This document shows positions 23,812-35,709 of a stretch of DNA of 64,000 nucleotides, piece by piece. The notes below the pieces were generated by a model. It saw only the letters and a program-made list of their open reading frames with translations. It was not told the DNA's origin and did not search any database. Location of the stretch: NCBI GenBank assembly GCA_043228905.1, contig JBHGNT010000018.1, forward strand, positions 3,224,001 to 3,288,000, written 5' to 3'. Numbering within the stretch: position 1 is the stretch's first letter; the number at the start of each line of letters is the position of its first letter. Made by a program: the position numbers and the translations under genes. Source of the DNA: Azolla caroliniana. Lineage: Eukaryota > Plantae > Polypodiophyta.

Positions 23812-26684
23812 TGATCACCGTAGCCGAAATCTCACGCTCTCTCTTCTTGGCACGTACCAGAGGACGTGCGGTTTGGTGGGGGTGGATGTCGTGAAGATTT
23901 TTGGCAATAGTGTGAAAATCACATAAAACAATAAAAGGATGGGGGTCTTGAAGAGCTTTTGGATGCACTTTACTACATAAGAAACAGACATCTAAGTGTC
24001 AACTTATGTGGTTATGAAGTTTTGCAAAAGAAAAAAAGAAAGGAAAAATAGAACTTTAAAATATCCCACATAGATAAGAAAGTTAAGGCCCTAGCTATAT
24101 AAGCACATTGAGATCCCTTATTTTTCATTTGTGCTAAGAGCACTTTGGCCACTTTATCTAGATAGATGATTGTGGCCAAATTCCCAAAAACCGACTAGCA
24201 ATAAAATGGAACCGAAATCGGCCGAAAATCAATTTGGAACTGGTTGGTAATCAAACTGGAACTGGTCGGTAAGCAAACCGGAACCGGCCAGAAAACAAAC
24301 CGGGACTGGTCGGTAAGCAATCTGGAATCGACCGGAAAACAAACCGGAATCGGCCGGAAAGCAAACCGGAACTGGTCAGTCGGCGGTGGATCCAGCGACG
24401 GAGGCGTCCACTGGTGGGGGAGGCGACAAACCGGCGACCGATGGTAACCATCGACATCCGGCATCCGACATCCGACATCCGGCGACCGGATAGATATATA
24501 AATAAATATATATATATATGTATACATATATATATATACATACATATATATATACACACAAGTGCAATTGTGGATTTGAACCTTGCACCTCCAAGTTGAG
24601 AGTCTATAGGCTTATCACGAAGCCAAGACATTTTCATGAAATAATATTTTTTTCATTATAGTTTTACATGTAAATTCTCATACATGAGACCTTAAATGAG
24701 TGACGTGGTTATCATGCACCACATGTAATACATGAGCGCCAAATGGCAAACATGCATTTTATGCATGTCTTGTACCCTCAAATGCATGAGGGCATCTATA
24801 AAAGAGGGGAGGAAAAAGATGAAAGGACTAATGTAAAATTCGTTATATCAAAATTAATATTAAGAAGAAAATTTGTTATCCTTTTGATGATATACCTTGT
24901 TCTTCAAATCTAAATTCAAGAGTTCAATCTTAATCTCTCTCTCAATCTAAAATCAAGCATTCTATCTTATCTCAATCTCTCTCTCTTTCAATCTATCTTA
25001 AATACTTTCTCGCTAAAGGTAGCACCAACTTCGAATCCTTCCGGTCCAGAACCCCGGTGATTCCGCCTCACCATCCACGCGTAGTGACAGATCTTCACGA
25101 CAACGTATAAATTTTGTACTGCATAGCTTAGTATGTGTGTATAGACATTACACGAATTACTTCAAAATGATAGAAATTATAGACAAATTAAAGCAATTAC
25201 AAGCTTTATAGATTAATTACAGAAATTATAGAACAAATAAAAGAAAAATTACAGAAATCACAAAGAAATGATAGAAATTTCAAAACTTATAAAGAAATTT
25301 CAGAAATTTCAGAAATTACAAAGAAGTTACGGAAATTACAAAGAGATTATAGAAATTACAAAGAAATTTCTGAGAAATTACAAAACAATTACAGAAATTA
25401 CAAAACATTTACAGAAATTTCTATACTACATAGCACATACTACATAGTACATACTATGACCTAAAGTTTAAACAACTTTAAACCCTATTATTAACCCTGA
25501 ATATACCTGAATCTCGTTGGTATGCAGATCGTTGAAGGAACAAATCGTTCAAGGCTATGTGGGAGAGGAGAGGAGAGCGTAATGTTACATTGATTGCAGA
25601 GGAAAAGGGGGAAAAGAGGGAAAAAGAGGGGAAAAAAGAAAAGGAAAAAAAAATCATTCGTGTTCGTTTTCCAACCTAGGAATACAAATGATATGGCATA
25701 CGAACATGAATTTTACGTACTATGTTATCAACCATAGAGGTAGAGTACATGGCAGTTGTAGAAGCCGACAAGGAGATAATCTGGATGAAGGACTTCATCG
25801 GAGAGCTAGGGATCCAACAGGAGGAATACCGGCTCTACTGCGACAGTCAAAGTGCCATCCACCTTGCAAAGAACATGGCCTACCATTCCCGGACGAAACA
25901 TATCCAGCGGAGGTACCAATGCATCCGGGAGAGAGTAGAAGATCAAGAGTTCGTGTTGATGAAGATCCAAAAGAAGGAGAACGGGTTGGACATGTTGACC
26001 AAGGTACTGACAACTGACAAGCTGGATGGGTGCCGAAAGCGGATTGGGCTAACAAGATATCCCATGCCGGAGTGAAGGGGGAGATTGTTGGGAAATCGGT
26101 CTCTCCTGATGGGATCTGGTGATGAATAAACAAGACCCGGTGAAAACCGAAAGAGATCCGGAAACTAGAGGAGAACCGGTGAGAACCGGAAGAGAAGACA
26201 TATCTGTAAATATGTTTTGAGTAAGCCTATTGAGGCTATATTTGTAAATAGCCCTAAGTTCATATAAGTATAAATATGACTTAGGGCAATCACTTTAAAA
26301 GAGTGTGTTGTTATTGTTGTACAGAGAGAGCGATAGAGAGAGAGGGAGAGAGATACAGAGCGATACTCTGTTGTAACCGCCGCCTAGCGAAGAAACCGAG
26401 CTCAAGGTCGTTGCCTACGAGTCTCTGATTGTACCCCTTCTCTTCATAGTGATAGTTTGAAGTCTGTGGGCTCCCGTGGTTTTTCCCATTTAGGGTTTTC
26501 CACGTAAACATCTTGTGTTCACTCTTTAGTTCCCATTTCTGTGTTCTCCATTCTCATAGAAGTGTTCAAGACTGGGTTGTGGCCGAGCAATATTCCACGT
26601 TTTACTCAACAGGTTTTGGTTTGGACATGGTTCTCTTCAATCATTAGCATTGATTTAAGGTTGGAGAACGAAGGAGGGTTTTCC

Positions 26685-29600
26685 TGTTGTAAGCAATGTC
26701 GTCAGTGCGGAAGATCAAGAAGCACTCGATTCCTGTTTATTCCCTGCGTATGACAGAATGTAGGTCGTTGCACAGAGAGAGAGAGAGAGAGAGAGAGAGG
26801 CACAAAAGAGTCTTTATTTCATAAAGCAAATAATACAACAACCAACCTCACAAAGAGGTTACAAGGTCACTATATATAGTGACCGACTTAGGGCAACTGC
26901 CCTTTATGCTAATTACATAAATGGCCAAAACGGGATGGTGTGAATACGTCCATTATACATAGGTATTCGACACTCCCCCGTAATGGGCGTATACATGGGT
27001 TATCTAAGGTTACAGGTATAGACTTAGGTTCTCGGACATATCAGCTTTGTTCGAGTCGGCAGGGTCCGAAGGTAGAAGACCGAACTGGTCGGGTCGGAAC
27101 AGTTGAAGCCGATCATTAAGGAACTGATGTCGGTTGTCGGGAACCATCCTGCTCTGTGTCCGGCTCTAACCGGACTGGTTTGTCGTTACGCCCATCTGAT
27201 GCCGAAGAGACCGAAAACGGTCTGCCGAAAGACACTTGGTCATTCCATCTGCGACATTGTCGGTTGTGGATATTTTCTCTAGACCGATTTTCCCTGAAAT
27301 GACGCAGTCCCGAACGAAGTGATATCGAACATCGATATGTTTGGAGGCGTTGTGGTGAACCGGATTTTTCGACAAGGCAACAGCACCTTGACTGTCGCTG
27401 TAGACAACTGGAGCCGAGTCATGTTCGACTTGTCGAAACGTGTGCGCCAGCCGACCGAGCCACAAAGCTTCTTTTGCTGCGTCGGACGCAGCTACATATT
27501 CTGCTTCGGTCGTTGAGGTCGCTGTGCACTCCTGAAGTTTCGACTTCCACGAGATTGCTCCATTGCCGAATTTGAAGCAGTATCCGGTTGTTGATTTCCG
27601 ACTGTCTATATAGCCGGCGAAGTCCGAGTCGGTGTAACCGACTACGCCTGAGGTTCGGTTCGGACCGAAAAGAATGTCGTGGTCTTTTGTGCCAGCCAGA
27701 TATCTGAACACATGCTTGACTGCGTTCCAATGCGATCGGCCAGGGTTGTGCATAAATCTGCTAACGACTCCTACGGCGTGAGAAATATCAGGCCGTGTCG
27801 CGACCATCAGGTACATAAGGGAGCCGACTGCCGGTGCATACGGTACCGACTTCATATCTTCCCCCTCCGGGCCGGATGTCGGGCAGTCTCGCTGAGAGAG
27901 CCGAAGATTCATTGGGAGCGGGGTTGAAGCAGATTTGGCTGATTGCATGTTGAAGCGTTCCAAGACACGTCCGATATAGTCGGTCTGAGACAAAAAGAGA
28001 TGTCGTTTATCGCGATGCCGACTAATCTTCATGCCAAGGATGTGTCGTGCCGGACCGAGGTCCTTCATGGCAAACTTCAACCGCAGTTGCCGAACGAGAT
28101 CGGCAAGTTCGCCCGCGTGGCGTCCAGAAATTAGCATGTCGTCCACGTAAATGATGAGGAAGATGGGTGATCCATCTTGAGCTGTATTGGTGAAGAGACA
28201 ATGGTCCTCATCACTTTTGGAGAAGCCGATCGATTGGATGAAGTCGTCGAACTTCTTGTACCATTGTCGCGGTGCCTGTTTGAGGCCGTATAGACTCTTC
28301 CTGAGTCGGCAGACTAGATGTTCTTGGCCAGTTGCCACGAAGCCTTTTGGCTGCTCCATATAAATTTCCTCCTCGAGATCACCATGGAGGAAGGCTGTTT
28401 TGACATCTAGCTGAATCAGCTCCAAGTTGTCGGCTGCCACGACGCCGAGCAGAAAACGAAGGGTTGTCATTTTCACCACTGGTGAAAAAATCTCGTCGAA
28501 GTCGACGCCATATTCTTGTCGGAAGCCCTTCGCAACTAATCTGGCCTTGTACTTTGGGGTGGTCGAATCAGACGTCTCTTTTAGTCGATAAACCCACTTG
28601 CAAGGAAGAGCACGTCGGTTCCTAGGTAATTCGACCAGATCCCAAGTCTTGTTTGCACGGATGGAGTGCATTTCCGACTCCATCGCCAGATGCCAGGTGG
28701 CCGAATCGACAGATGTCGATGCTTCTTCGTAAGACGTCGGTTCGCCGGCGTCGGTGAAGAAAATTCCAGGAGAATACCTCTCCGGAGGTTGCGACAGTCT
28801 CTCGGATCGTCGAGGTATGATTGGACTGGTCGCATCGGGTATCGAGGTCGGATGGTCCGAAACCGAATCATTCGGCTGTGCCGAGTCAGAGTTGTCCGAG
28901 TCGGTAGTATAAGGTTCAGCTACCCGTGAAGCTGACCGTGTGTTGAGAGCGGGGCCTTCTTGAAGGGTCGGCACATCGGAGAATGTTACCCTTCGGACTT
29001 CGATCGGTTTTTCGACTGATGGATTCATAGCCGACTCGTTGAACACAACGTCCGAACTTCGAACGATTTGTCTGCGTTCGGGGTCCCAGAGTCGGTATCC
29101 CATTTCGCCGTCTGATCCATATCCAAGGAAAATGCATTTCCTGGACCGAGGTGCAAGTTTTCGGCGATCATCTTTCGGAATAAGGGCGTACGCCTCGCAT
29201 CCGAAGATCCTCAGCTTGTCGTAATTCGGCTTGCTGCCGATCCATAGTTCCTGAGGAATTTGAAGTCCTAGAGGTCTACTTGGCGACATATTGATTATGT
29301 GTACTGCCGTGAGTAGAGCCTCTGCCCAGAAGCCATCCGACAGTCGGGAGTGTTGGAGCATGGAAACTATCCGTTCTTGGATTGTCCGATTCATTCGTTC
29401 TGCAATCCCGTTTTGCTCCGGACTGTGTGGTGCCGTAAATTCACGTCGGATGCCGCGTTGTCGGCAGAATTTGACGAATTCTTCGGATTTGAACTCTCCC
29501 CCATTGTCGGTCCGAAGGCATTTCAGCTTTCGGTCGGTTTGATTTTCTACCATAGCGAGCCAATCTGAGAAGATCGAGAAGACCCGATCTTTGGTGCGAA

Positions 29601-31840
29601 TCGGATAAGCCCACACCTTTCGAGTCGAATCGTCAATGAAAGTGACGAAGTAAGAGGCACCGCCTAGAGACTGATGCGGCATTGGGCCACAGACGTCCGA
29701 ATGGACTAAATCGAGAGGTCTCGTTTCTCTTGGTGCTGATGTCGGGTGTGATCCGGCTGCTTGTTTGCCATACTGGCAATGCTCGCAAAATTGATGGTCG
29801 GAGAAGGAGAGTTTGGGGATGTATCCGGCTCTAGATAGGTGCGTGATGCCGGCCTTGCTGAGGTGTCCTAATCTTCTGTGCCATAGTGATGACACAGGAA
29901 TATCCACCAAAAACAGGTTACCCTCTCTGAGCGTAACATGTAACGGATACAGGGAGTGTATCTTGGGTCCTCTAGCAAGCAAGAGGTTCCCCCTGTGGAG
30001 TGTCCACCCTCCCGAAGAAAAACCGGCACGAATGCCGTCTTCATCTAGTTGTCCGACTGAGATCAATGGCCTTGAGAGCTCGGGTACATGTCGGACATCG
30101 TGGAGTACAAGTGTAGAGCCACCTGCAAGGTTGAGCTCTACTGTGCCGATTCCGATGATGTCACAGTGTTGTGAGTTGCCGACTCGAACTGAGTCGGAGT
30201 GACGGATCGTATATTGCCGAAATTGGGATCTATGAGGAGTCACGTGAAATGACGCGCCCGAATCCAAGAGCCATGTGCTCGATTCTTCAGTCGTGAGCAG
30301 AACTTCGGATCCGACTGGATTTTCGATTGACAGTATATTCGGGTCGTCCGGTAGTACATCGGCCGAGAAGCTGACGTAATTGATCTCCTCATGCCGGCCA
30401 CTCTTCTTGTTGTTCTTGTTCTTGAGTGCGCGGCAGTCGGCTTTGATGTGTCCGGGTTTCTTGCAATAGTTGCAGATTCGGTTATCCCGTGACTGGCTCC
30501 GTCTTCGCTGATTGTTCGGCGGTCGTGAGGAATCTCTTCCTCGTATGTTCGATCGGTCTGTCGAACCTTGTACTACGTAAGCGTCGTCTGTTGAGTCTTT
30601 GGCGAAAGACTTTCTCCGAGCTACTTCGGTCAGGATTGCGCTCGTGACTTCGGAGTATTTAACAGCCGTGGTTGACGCGTTGCACACGGTTGTGACGAAA
30701 GTTTCCCATGATGAGGGAAGGTTGCTCATGAGTATCATTGCTCTGAGTTCATCCTCGATTGCCGTCCCCTGTGACGAGATTTGGGAGCTTATGCTTTCGT
30801 ACTCATTGAGGTGTGCTTGAACCGAATCGGATTCTTTCATCCGCAAGTTGTAGAGGCGCCGGATCAGAAACATCTTCGTTGCGGCGACCTTCTTTTCGTA
30901 AGTGTCCGACAGTGTTTTCCACAGTTCGAATGCTGTCGTACACGATTGCACCGTAAAGTATACCGATTCCGATAGGTGCATCCGAATCGTGGCGCGGACG
31001 ATTCTGTCCAGCTTCTGCCACTCAATTGGTTTGTATCCTTCTGGAGGTTCTTCATTTTCGATGGGATCGATTTGCCCCTTGACTATGAGATAGTCCTGCA
31101 TTTGTTCCTTCCAGAAGTTGAAGTTCGATCCATCGAACTTTCGGAGACTCATTTCTGACGAGCCGGATGTTGATGCCATCAAGTTCGGTTTTGGTTGACG
31201 AAGCTCGGTTCGGAGTTGACTACGAACCTTGTTGGAGTGCAGCCAGTTGGCTCACCCGATATCGTTCTAGTCGGATTTGAACCCGAGTCGGTTCGGCTTC
31301 GGAACTTGCTCGAATTGACTCCGGTAACTTGAGGGACAGAACCGACTGGTCTTCCCGAATGTCGCCGAGTCGGAGTGAGCCTGGTTCGCTTCGGATATAT
31401 ATGCCGAATACCGATTATTGAAACCGATTATCGGGACCGATTCTGCTTCGGTTGACTGCAGCGATGAGAGAGACGGATCCGACTGATCCTCCCGAATGTC
31501 GATCAGCCAGATGAAGCACGAATTTGGGTTGTTGTCAAGGTTGCACAAGGGGATTTCACCTCGAGCGGTTACGATCACAAGGGACAGAGTACAACCTGCT
31601 GGCTTACTCCAAGCAAGGGGATCTAACGCGATGAGGTGCAAACCTCGTTTTTGTTCTTCTTCTCTCTTTCTTCGAATGACGCAGGAAACCGAATGCAGAG
31701 ACGACGGCCGACAGCGGATTGAAGGACCGACTACTGTGCAAGCTCTGATACCAGATGTTGTAAGCAATGTCGTCAGTGCGGAAGATCAAGAAGCACTCGA
31801 TTCCTGTTTATTCCCTGCGTATGACAGAATGTAGGTCGTT

Positions 31841-31874
<34 letters not shown>

Positions 31875-32045
31875 ACAAAAGAGTCTTTATTTCATAAAGC
31901 AAATAATACAACAACCAACCTCACAAAGAGGTTACAAGGTCACTATATATAGTGACCGACTTAGGGCAACTGCCCTTTATGCTAATTACATAAATGGCCA
32001 AAACGGGATGGTGTGAATACGTCCATTATACACAGGTATTCGACA
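26685..32045 (-). mobile_element. Intact young copia B1; LTRs 31756-32045 and 26685-26972
   Basis: TSD TTTCC on both sides. The LTRs differ by one substitution and one GA unit. PBS at 31742-31753; PPT at 26973-26980. Confidence 0.97.
27166..31179 (-). CDS. Copia Gag-Pol polyprotein (family B)
   Basis: CNYCKKPGHIKADC, WLLDSGASFH, HSDV/DNGGEF/AERMNRT, SLYGLKQAPRQWY, YVDD, RNase H. No stops. Confidence 0.97.
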   Translation of the reverse strand: MASTSGSSEMSLRKFDGSNFNFWKEQMQDYLIVKGQIDPIENEEPPEGYKPIEWQKLDRIVRATIRMHLSESVYFTVQSCTTAFELWKTLSDTYEKKVAATKMFLIRRLYNLRMKESDSVQAHLNEYESISSQISSQGTAIEDELRAMILMSNLPSSWETFVTTVCNASTTAVKYSEVTSAILTEVARRKSFAKDSTDDAYVVQGSTDRSNIRGRDSSRPPNNQRRRSQSRDNRICNYCKKPGHIKADCRALKNKNNKKSGRHEEINYVSFSADVLPDDPNILSIENPVGSEVLLTTEESSTWLLDSGASFHVTPHRSQFRQYTIRHSDSVRVGNSQHCDIIGIGTVELNLAGGSTLVLHDVRHVPELSRPLISVGQLDEDGIRAGFSSGGWTLHRGNLLLARGPKIHSLYPLHVTLREGNLFLVDIPVSSLWHRRLGHLSKAGITHLSRAGYIPKLSFSDHQFCEHCQYGKQAAGSHPTSAPRETRPLDLVHSDVCGPMPHQSLGGASYFVTFIDDSTRKVWAYPIRTKDRVFSIFSDWLAMVENQTDRKLKCLRTDNGGEFKSEEFVKFCRQRGIRREFTAPHSPEQNGIAERMNRTIQERIVSMLQHSRLSDGFWAEALLTAVHIINMSPSRPLGLQIPQELWIGSKPNYDKLRIFGCEAYALIPKDDRRKLAPRSRKCIFLGYGSDGEMGYRLWDPERRQIVRSSDVVFNESAMNPSVEKPIEVRRVTFSDVPTLQEGPALNTRSASRVAEPYTTDSDNSDSAQPNDSVSDHPTSIPDATSPIIPRRSERLSQPPERYSPGIFFTDAGEPTSYEEASTSVDSATWHLAMESEMHSIRANKTWDLVELPRNRRALPCKWVYRLKETSDSTTPKYKARLVAKGFRQEYGVDFDEIFSPVVKMTTLRFLLGVVAADNLELIQLDVKTAFLHGDLEEEIYMEQPKGFVATGQEHLVCRLRKSLYGLKQAPRQWYKKFDDFIQSIGFSKSDEDHCLFTNTAQDGSPIFLIIYVDDMLISGRHAGELADLVRQLRLKFAMKDLGPARHILGMKISRHRDKRHLFLSQTDYIGRVLERFNMQSAKSASTPLPMNLRLSQRDCPTSGPEGEDMKSVPYAPAVGSLMYLMVATRPDISHAVGVVSRFMHNPGRSHWNAVKHVFRYLAGTKDHDILFGPNRTSGVVGYTDSDFAGYIDSRKSTTGYCFKFGNGAISWKSKLQECTATSTTEAEYVAASDAAKEALWLGRLAHTFRQVEHDSAPVVYSDSQGAVALSKNPVHHNASKHIDVRYHFVRDCVISGKIGLEKISTTDNVADGMTKCLSADRFRSLRHQMGVTTNQSG

Positions 32046-34036
32046 TTTCCCTCGCTAAGATTGTCGTCCTCAACGAGTCAAATCATTGTGCGAGGCCGCC
32101 CAAGCATACTTGAACCATCTCGTCTTCGTCGACATTTATGTTGACGGAGCCAAGAGAGTCGCAAATGCTCTTGATCTTGGCGGTGTAGTCCGACACAGAC
32201 ATGTCTTTTTGCCGAATGTTGTTCAACTCTTGTCAAAGTCGAATGTGGCTAAGTATGTGGTCGTGGACACATGTTGCCAAGCAATACATGACTCAACTAG
32301 CCACTTGCTCCCCTGTTGAGTAGTCGGCGTTCTTTGGGTCAGGTCGATTTTCTTGTGCTCCGTTGATGTAGCTCCAATACCCTTGGCTGACAATGTATTG
32401 GTTCAACTTGTACTCCCAAGATGAATAATTACTCCAGTCTAGCTTTTCACTAGGGAACAAGCTACCCATTTGTGTGTTCATTTTGACGCAGTGTCTTCCT
32501 TCTCGTCTTTCCTTCCTTCGATCTCGTGATACATAGCGGCACTACGGTAGCCGATAGCCGGATTTTGTCGTCGGCATCTCGAACACACAATCACAAGGTC
32601 GGGTGGGCTTAGGGGATTTTCTAAACCTCACGCTCTAATACCATGTTAAGAATTAGGTAATTAAGCAAGGGTTAATTAGTACCTAATTATGTGATTAAGT
32701 TAAGCAGAAGATTAATTGGTATGTGTGTGAGAGGAAGAGTGAAAGGAAGTTACACTTATGAACAACATAGTGACAGGGACGAAGATCATAAGAAACACAT
32801 CGGTAGGGATGATGATGATAAGAAACACATAGATAAAGATGAAACTGGTAGGAAACACAGGGAAAAGGATGGCAATGACAAAAAACGCAGAGATTGGGAT
32901 GATGATAATAAGTTTTAAGAATTAGGTAATTAAGCAAGGGTTAATTAGTACCTAATTATGTGATTAAGTTAAGCAGAAGATTAAGTGATATGTGTGTGTA
33001 TGTGTGTGAGAGGAAGAGTGAAAGGAAGTTACACTTATGAACAACACAAGATGGGGGATGATTAACTCCATATTAAATTAGCATCTCAAATACAAAAATA
33101 CCTACAATGAGGTATATATAGATCTCATGTGCAAGGGTGCACATGTGTGAGGAGAATATAGGTACAAAGGTGTAAGTCCTACATTAAATGTACTTGGGAG
33201 TGGAGGATCTAGAATATCCCACTTAAGTACAAGGTCCTATTTAAGGCGTTAACACTTCGAACTAGATTCTATCTAGGTAACTACAAAGTTAGATGGTTGA
33301 CTAACTAACTAAACTAAGTTGAGCTTGATCTCTCAACAATAAGAAACATGGAGATAGATATGTGGAGGATGAGAAGAAACTAAAAACCAGAGACGATGAT
33401 GAGGAGAAACTAAAAGATAGAGACAATGATGAGAAGAAACTAGGAGATAGAGATGGCGAGGAAGATAGGAAACAAAGGGATGTTGATGATGGTAACTCTA
33501 GAAGCAAGGACGACGACGATGGTAACTCTAGAAGCAATGCGATGACGAAGATGAGTGATGCTTCTAGTTGGAAGGGATTCAAACTGTCACGGACACACCA
33601 ACCGCAGACTCGGACGAAGCGCGGATGACAAGGCTACGAGGAACTTCAGAAGCTAGGAATGACATTAGAGCATGAAGACAAAGATAAAGAACGAGAAAAG
33701 ATGGAATTGAACAAGAATACTAGATTGATGTGTCAATGTCTGGTGTTCAATCCCTTGAAAGGGACTAAGGAGGTTACAAGTATTTATACTACGAGTTGAA
33801 GTACATGCATTAGAATATTCTATAGAATATTTGGGAGAATAGTCTAGAACTTTCTAGTTCTAGAACTTTTTAAAAACTCCTAGAACTTGAAATAGATAAT
33901 CTACTAATAATATACTACGATATACGTAACATGACCATGTATTTGGATGTGTTGGTTATAACATAACACTTCAGTATATACAAGAGGTAAAGAATTCCAA
34001 TCTTGACATGACTATTGTCATGTCTATGACAGCTGA

Positions 34037-34735
34037 TTCGGCTTTGGTCAATTTTCTAGCTGATTGGGATTCGGCTATTGAACCATTTTCCAATTTGGGT
34101 TCGGTTGGGGGCTTGCTGGCCGAATTGGGTTCAACATATGACATGTCAGCCTTGAACTGGGTTAGAGAATAGTCAAAACAAACTCTCTTTCTGGTTCGGA
34201 ACTTTGTTTGGCCTGAGATGATTGAGTCTTCGTTGAAGACCACATCGCTACTCTGGAACAATTTCCAATTATTTGGATCCCGTAACCGATAATCGAATTC
34301 CCCATTCGTCCCATATTCGAGAAATTTAGTGCATTTCGTCGAATGGGGTGGCAGCTTGGTCCATTTCTCCCTCGGTACATAGGCATAGGCTTCGCACCCG
34401 AATATGTGAAGTTGATTGTAGATCCGTTGTTTTCCCAACCATAGTGTGTGTGGCACTTGGAGCCATATTGCTTTTGACAACGATAGATTGATCAAATATA
34501 TTATCTTCTGCAATGCTTCGAACCAAAACTCCAACTTCAATTCCGCTTACTAGAGCATTGCCATCACTCGTTCTTGTATGGTCCGGTTGATACGTTTGGC
34601 TACATCATTTTGCATCGAGGTGTAGGGAACGCTCTTCTGATGTCGGATCCCCTTTTCGGATAGATACTTGCCAACGGCTTTGGAGGTGTATTTCCCTCTG
34701 TTATCCAACCTTAGCGTTTTCACTCTTTGCATGGC
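34037..34735 (-). pseudogene. Copia integrase remnant (outermost host; probably continues at 2770-2967)
   Basis: VKTLRLDNRGKY...AKRINRTIQERV; FGCEAYAYVPREK...SDVVFNED. Reading resumes beyond the GCTGA TSD in a low-complexity linker at 2967. Confidence 0.8.
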
Positions 34736-34944
34736 TGGTAAATGTAAGGGTTGAACACCTGTTTCTAATAGCATAACGAGGTACGATTTTGGATTTAGGC
34801 TATTTCATTCCATGCACTAAGTGAGATAGTGCTACACCATACTTCCGCACTATAAAGCAACACTTAGACCACCATAGCATTGAATAACATCGATCTCACT
34901 TCCCATCCTCAAGTACCATGTTGCATTGATGCTCAAACATATAA

Positions 34945-35545
34945 TGTTAGGATCATGACCGGCCACAACCGATTACACTTCGAATGTTCAGGTGCAGAGT
35001 ATCAAGATAGATAATACACAAATAGAAAAAATGAGAAGGCAAAAAAGACAAGTACAGAGACACAAGATCTTTTACGTGAAAAACCCGAAAGGGAAAAACC
35101 ACAGGGTCCACAAACCCTAAGAAACAGAATCACTATAATCGAGAGGAAATACAACAGTGAGAATCTCAAGGCAACGACCTATGAGTTCTCCTTTGTCAGA
35201 TCGATGGCTACAGAGTTAGTACTCTCACTCTCTCTCTCTCACTCACAGTTATAGAGGCAACCACTTTCTCTAACTATCAACAATAATGATCAACTACATC
35301 TCTCACCATAAAGTTTGCCCTAGTTGTATTTATATTTATACAACTTTCTAGTTATTTACACGTATAGCCCAAATGGGGCACATTTAGACTATTTACAAAT
35401 ATACTCTCCCAAATCGGCTATTAAATCGATTATCGATTTTGGTTCTCAATTTCGATTTTGACTGAGGCCTATCGGCCGAGGCCGAATGTGTCTTCAATTC
35501 GGTTCGTTCTCTTCTTCCCATCCGGAGGGTCCTGTTTTCCCAACA
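34945..35545 (-). mobile_element. Solo LTR, family-A-like
   Basis: Reverse complement starts TGTTGGGAAAACAGGACCCTCCGGATGGGA and ends TCGGTTGTGGCC...AACA. TSD TATAA. Confidence 0.9.
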
Positions 35546-35709
35546 TATAATAACTATTCTAACTTGCTTGAAGTTGAGAATCACTACATACATTCCACTC
35601 ATCTGTCAATAGAACATTAATACCAATATATGTAAAGTGTTGCACCACTTCTATTGGTTCACCCATATATATAATAAAAGTTGGGCAACATCTTGGTTGT
35701 ATTGCCTTT

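Larger units (their letters stand above)
12294..25102 (+). mobile_element. Ty3/gypsy LTR retrotransposon, defective; 5' LTR 12294-19157 (contains A2), 3' LTR 23887-25102
   Basis: LTRs TGTCGTGAAGAT...ATCTTCACGAC(A/C), ~1.2 kb and highly similar. PPT GGTGGGGGTGGA before 23887. Flanks GCGT/ACGT may be an imperfect 4-bp TSD. gag and PR are deleted. Confidence 0.9.
9883..25724 (-). mobile_element. hAT DNA transposon, split by the gypsy insertion
   Basis: Ends are CATAGGATG (9883) and CGTACTATG (25724); family TIR is CATAGTACG. 8-bp TSD TTGTCAAC / TTATCAAC with one mismatch. GAAATTAC/GAAATTTC subterminal repeats at 25150-25420. Confidence 0.9.
6990..26075 (+). pseudogene. A1 gag-pol pseudogene: gag ~6990-7790, IN/RT 7814-9882, RNase H end 25733-26075
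   Basis: Zn knuckle CFYCGKSGH, RT motifs FDEIFAPVVKMTSIR and YVDD, RNase H CDSQSAIHLAKN. Premature stops, a large deletion at ~7790 and a hAT insertion in RNase H. Confidence 0.9.
6402..26611 (+). mobile_element. Copia element A1 (Tnt1/Tork-like), defective; LTRs 6402-6960 and 26086-26611
   Basis: TG...CA LTR pair, TSD GGTTT on both sides, PBS TGGTATCAGAGC at 6964 (tRNA-iMet), PPT GAAGGGGGAGAT before 26086. Confidence 0.95.
3841..33338 (-). mobile_element. Copia element C, degenerate and split by A1 and B1; 5' LTR 32644-33338, truncated 3' LTR 3841-4236
   Basis: PBS (reverse complement TGGTATTAGAGCG) at 32631-32643. gag start MNTQMGSLFPSEKLDWSNYSSWEYK at 32481. gag continues through 32050, 26617-26684 and 6401 once the inserts are removed. 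Protease WFVDSGASHHM, GAG-pre-integrase CEACQLGKQHR, integrase YYVTFIDD. PPT 4237-4248. LTR homology 3857-4147 vs 33029-33302. Confidence 0.85.
2973..34031 (-). mobile_element. Element E: non-autonomous LTR retrotransposon, chromovirus-like termini; LTRs 2973-3405 and 33585-34031; host of the nest
   Basis: Two homologous ~435-445 bp LTRs (TG...CA). GCTGA lies directly before 2973 and directly after 34031. Minus-strand PPT AAGGGGAGGATAA at 3406-3418. The remaining internal DNA is only tandem repeats. Confidence 0.85.
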
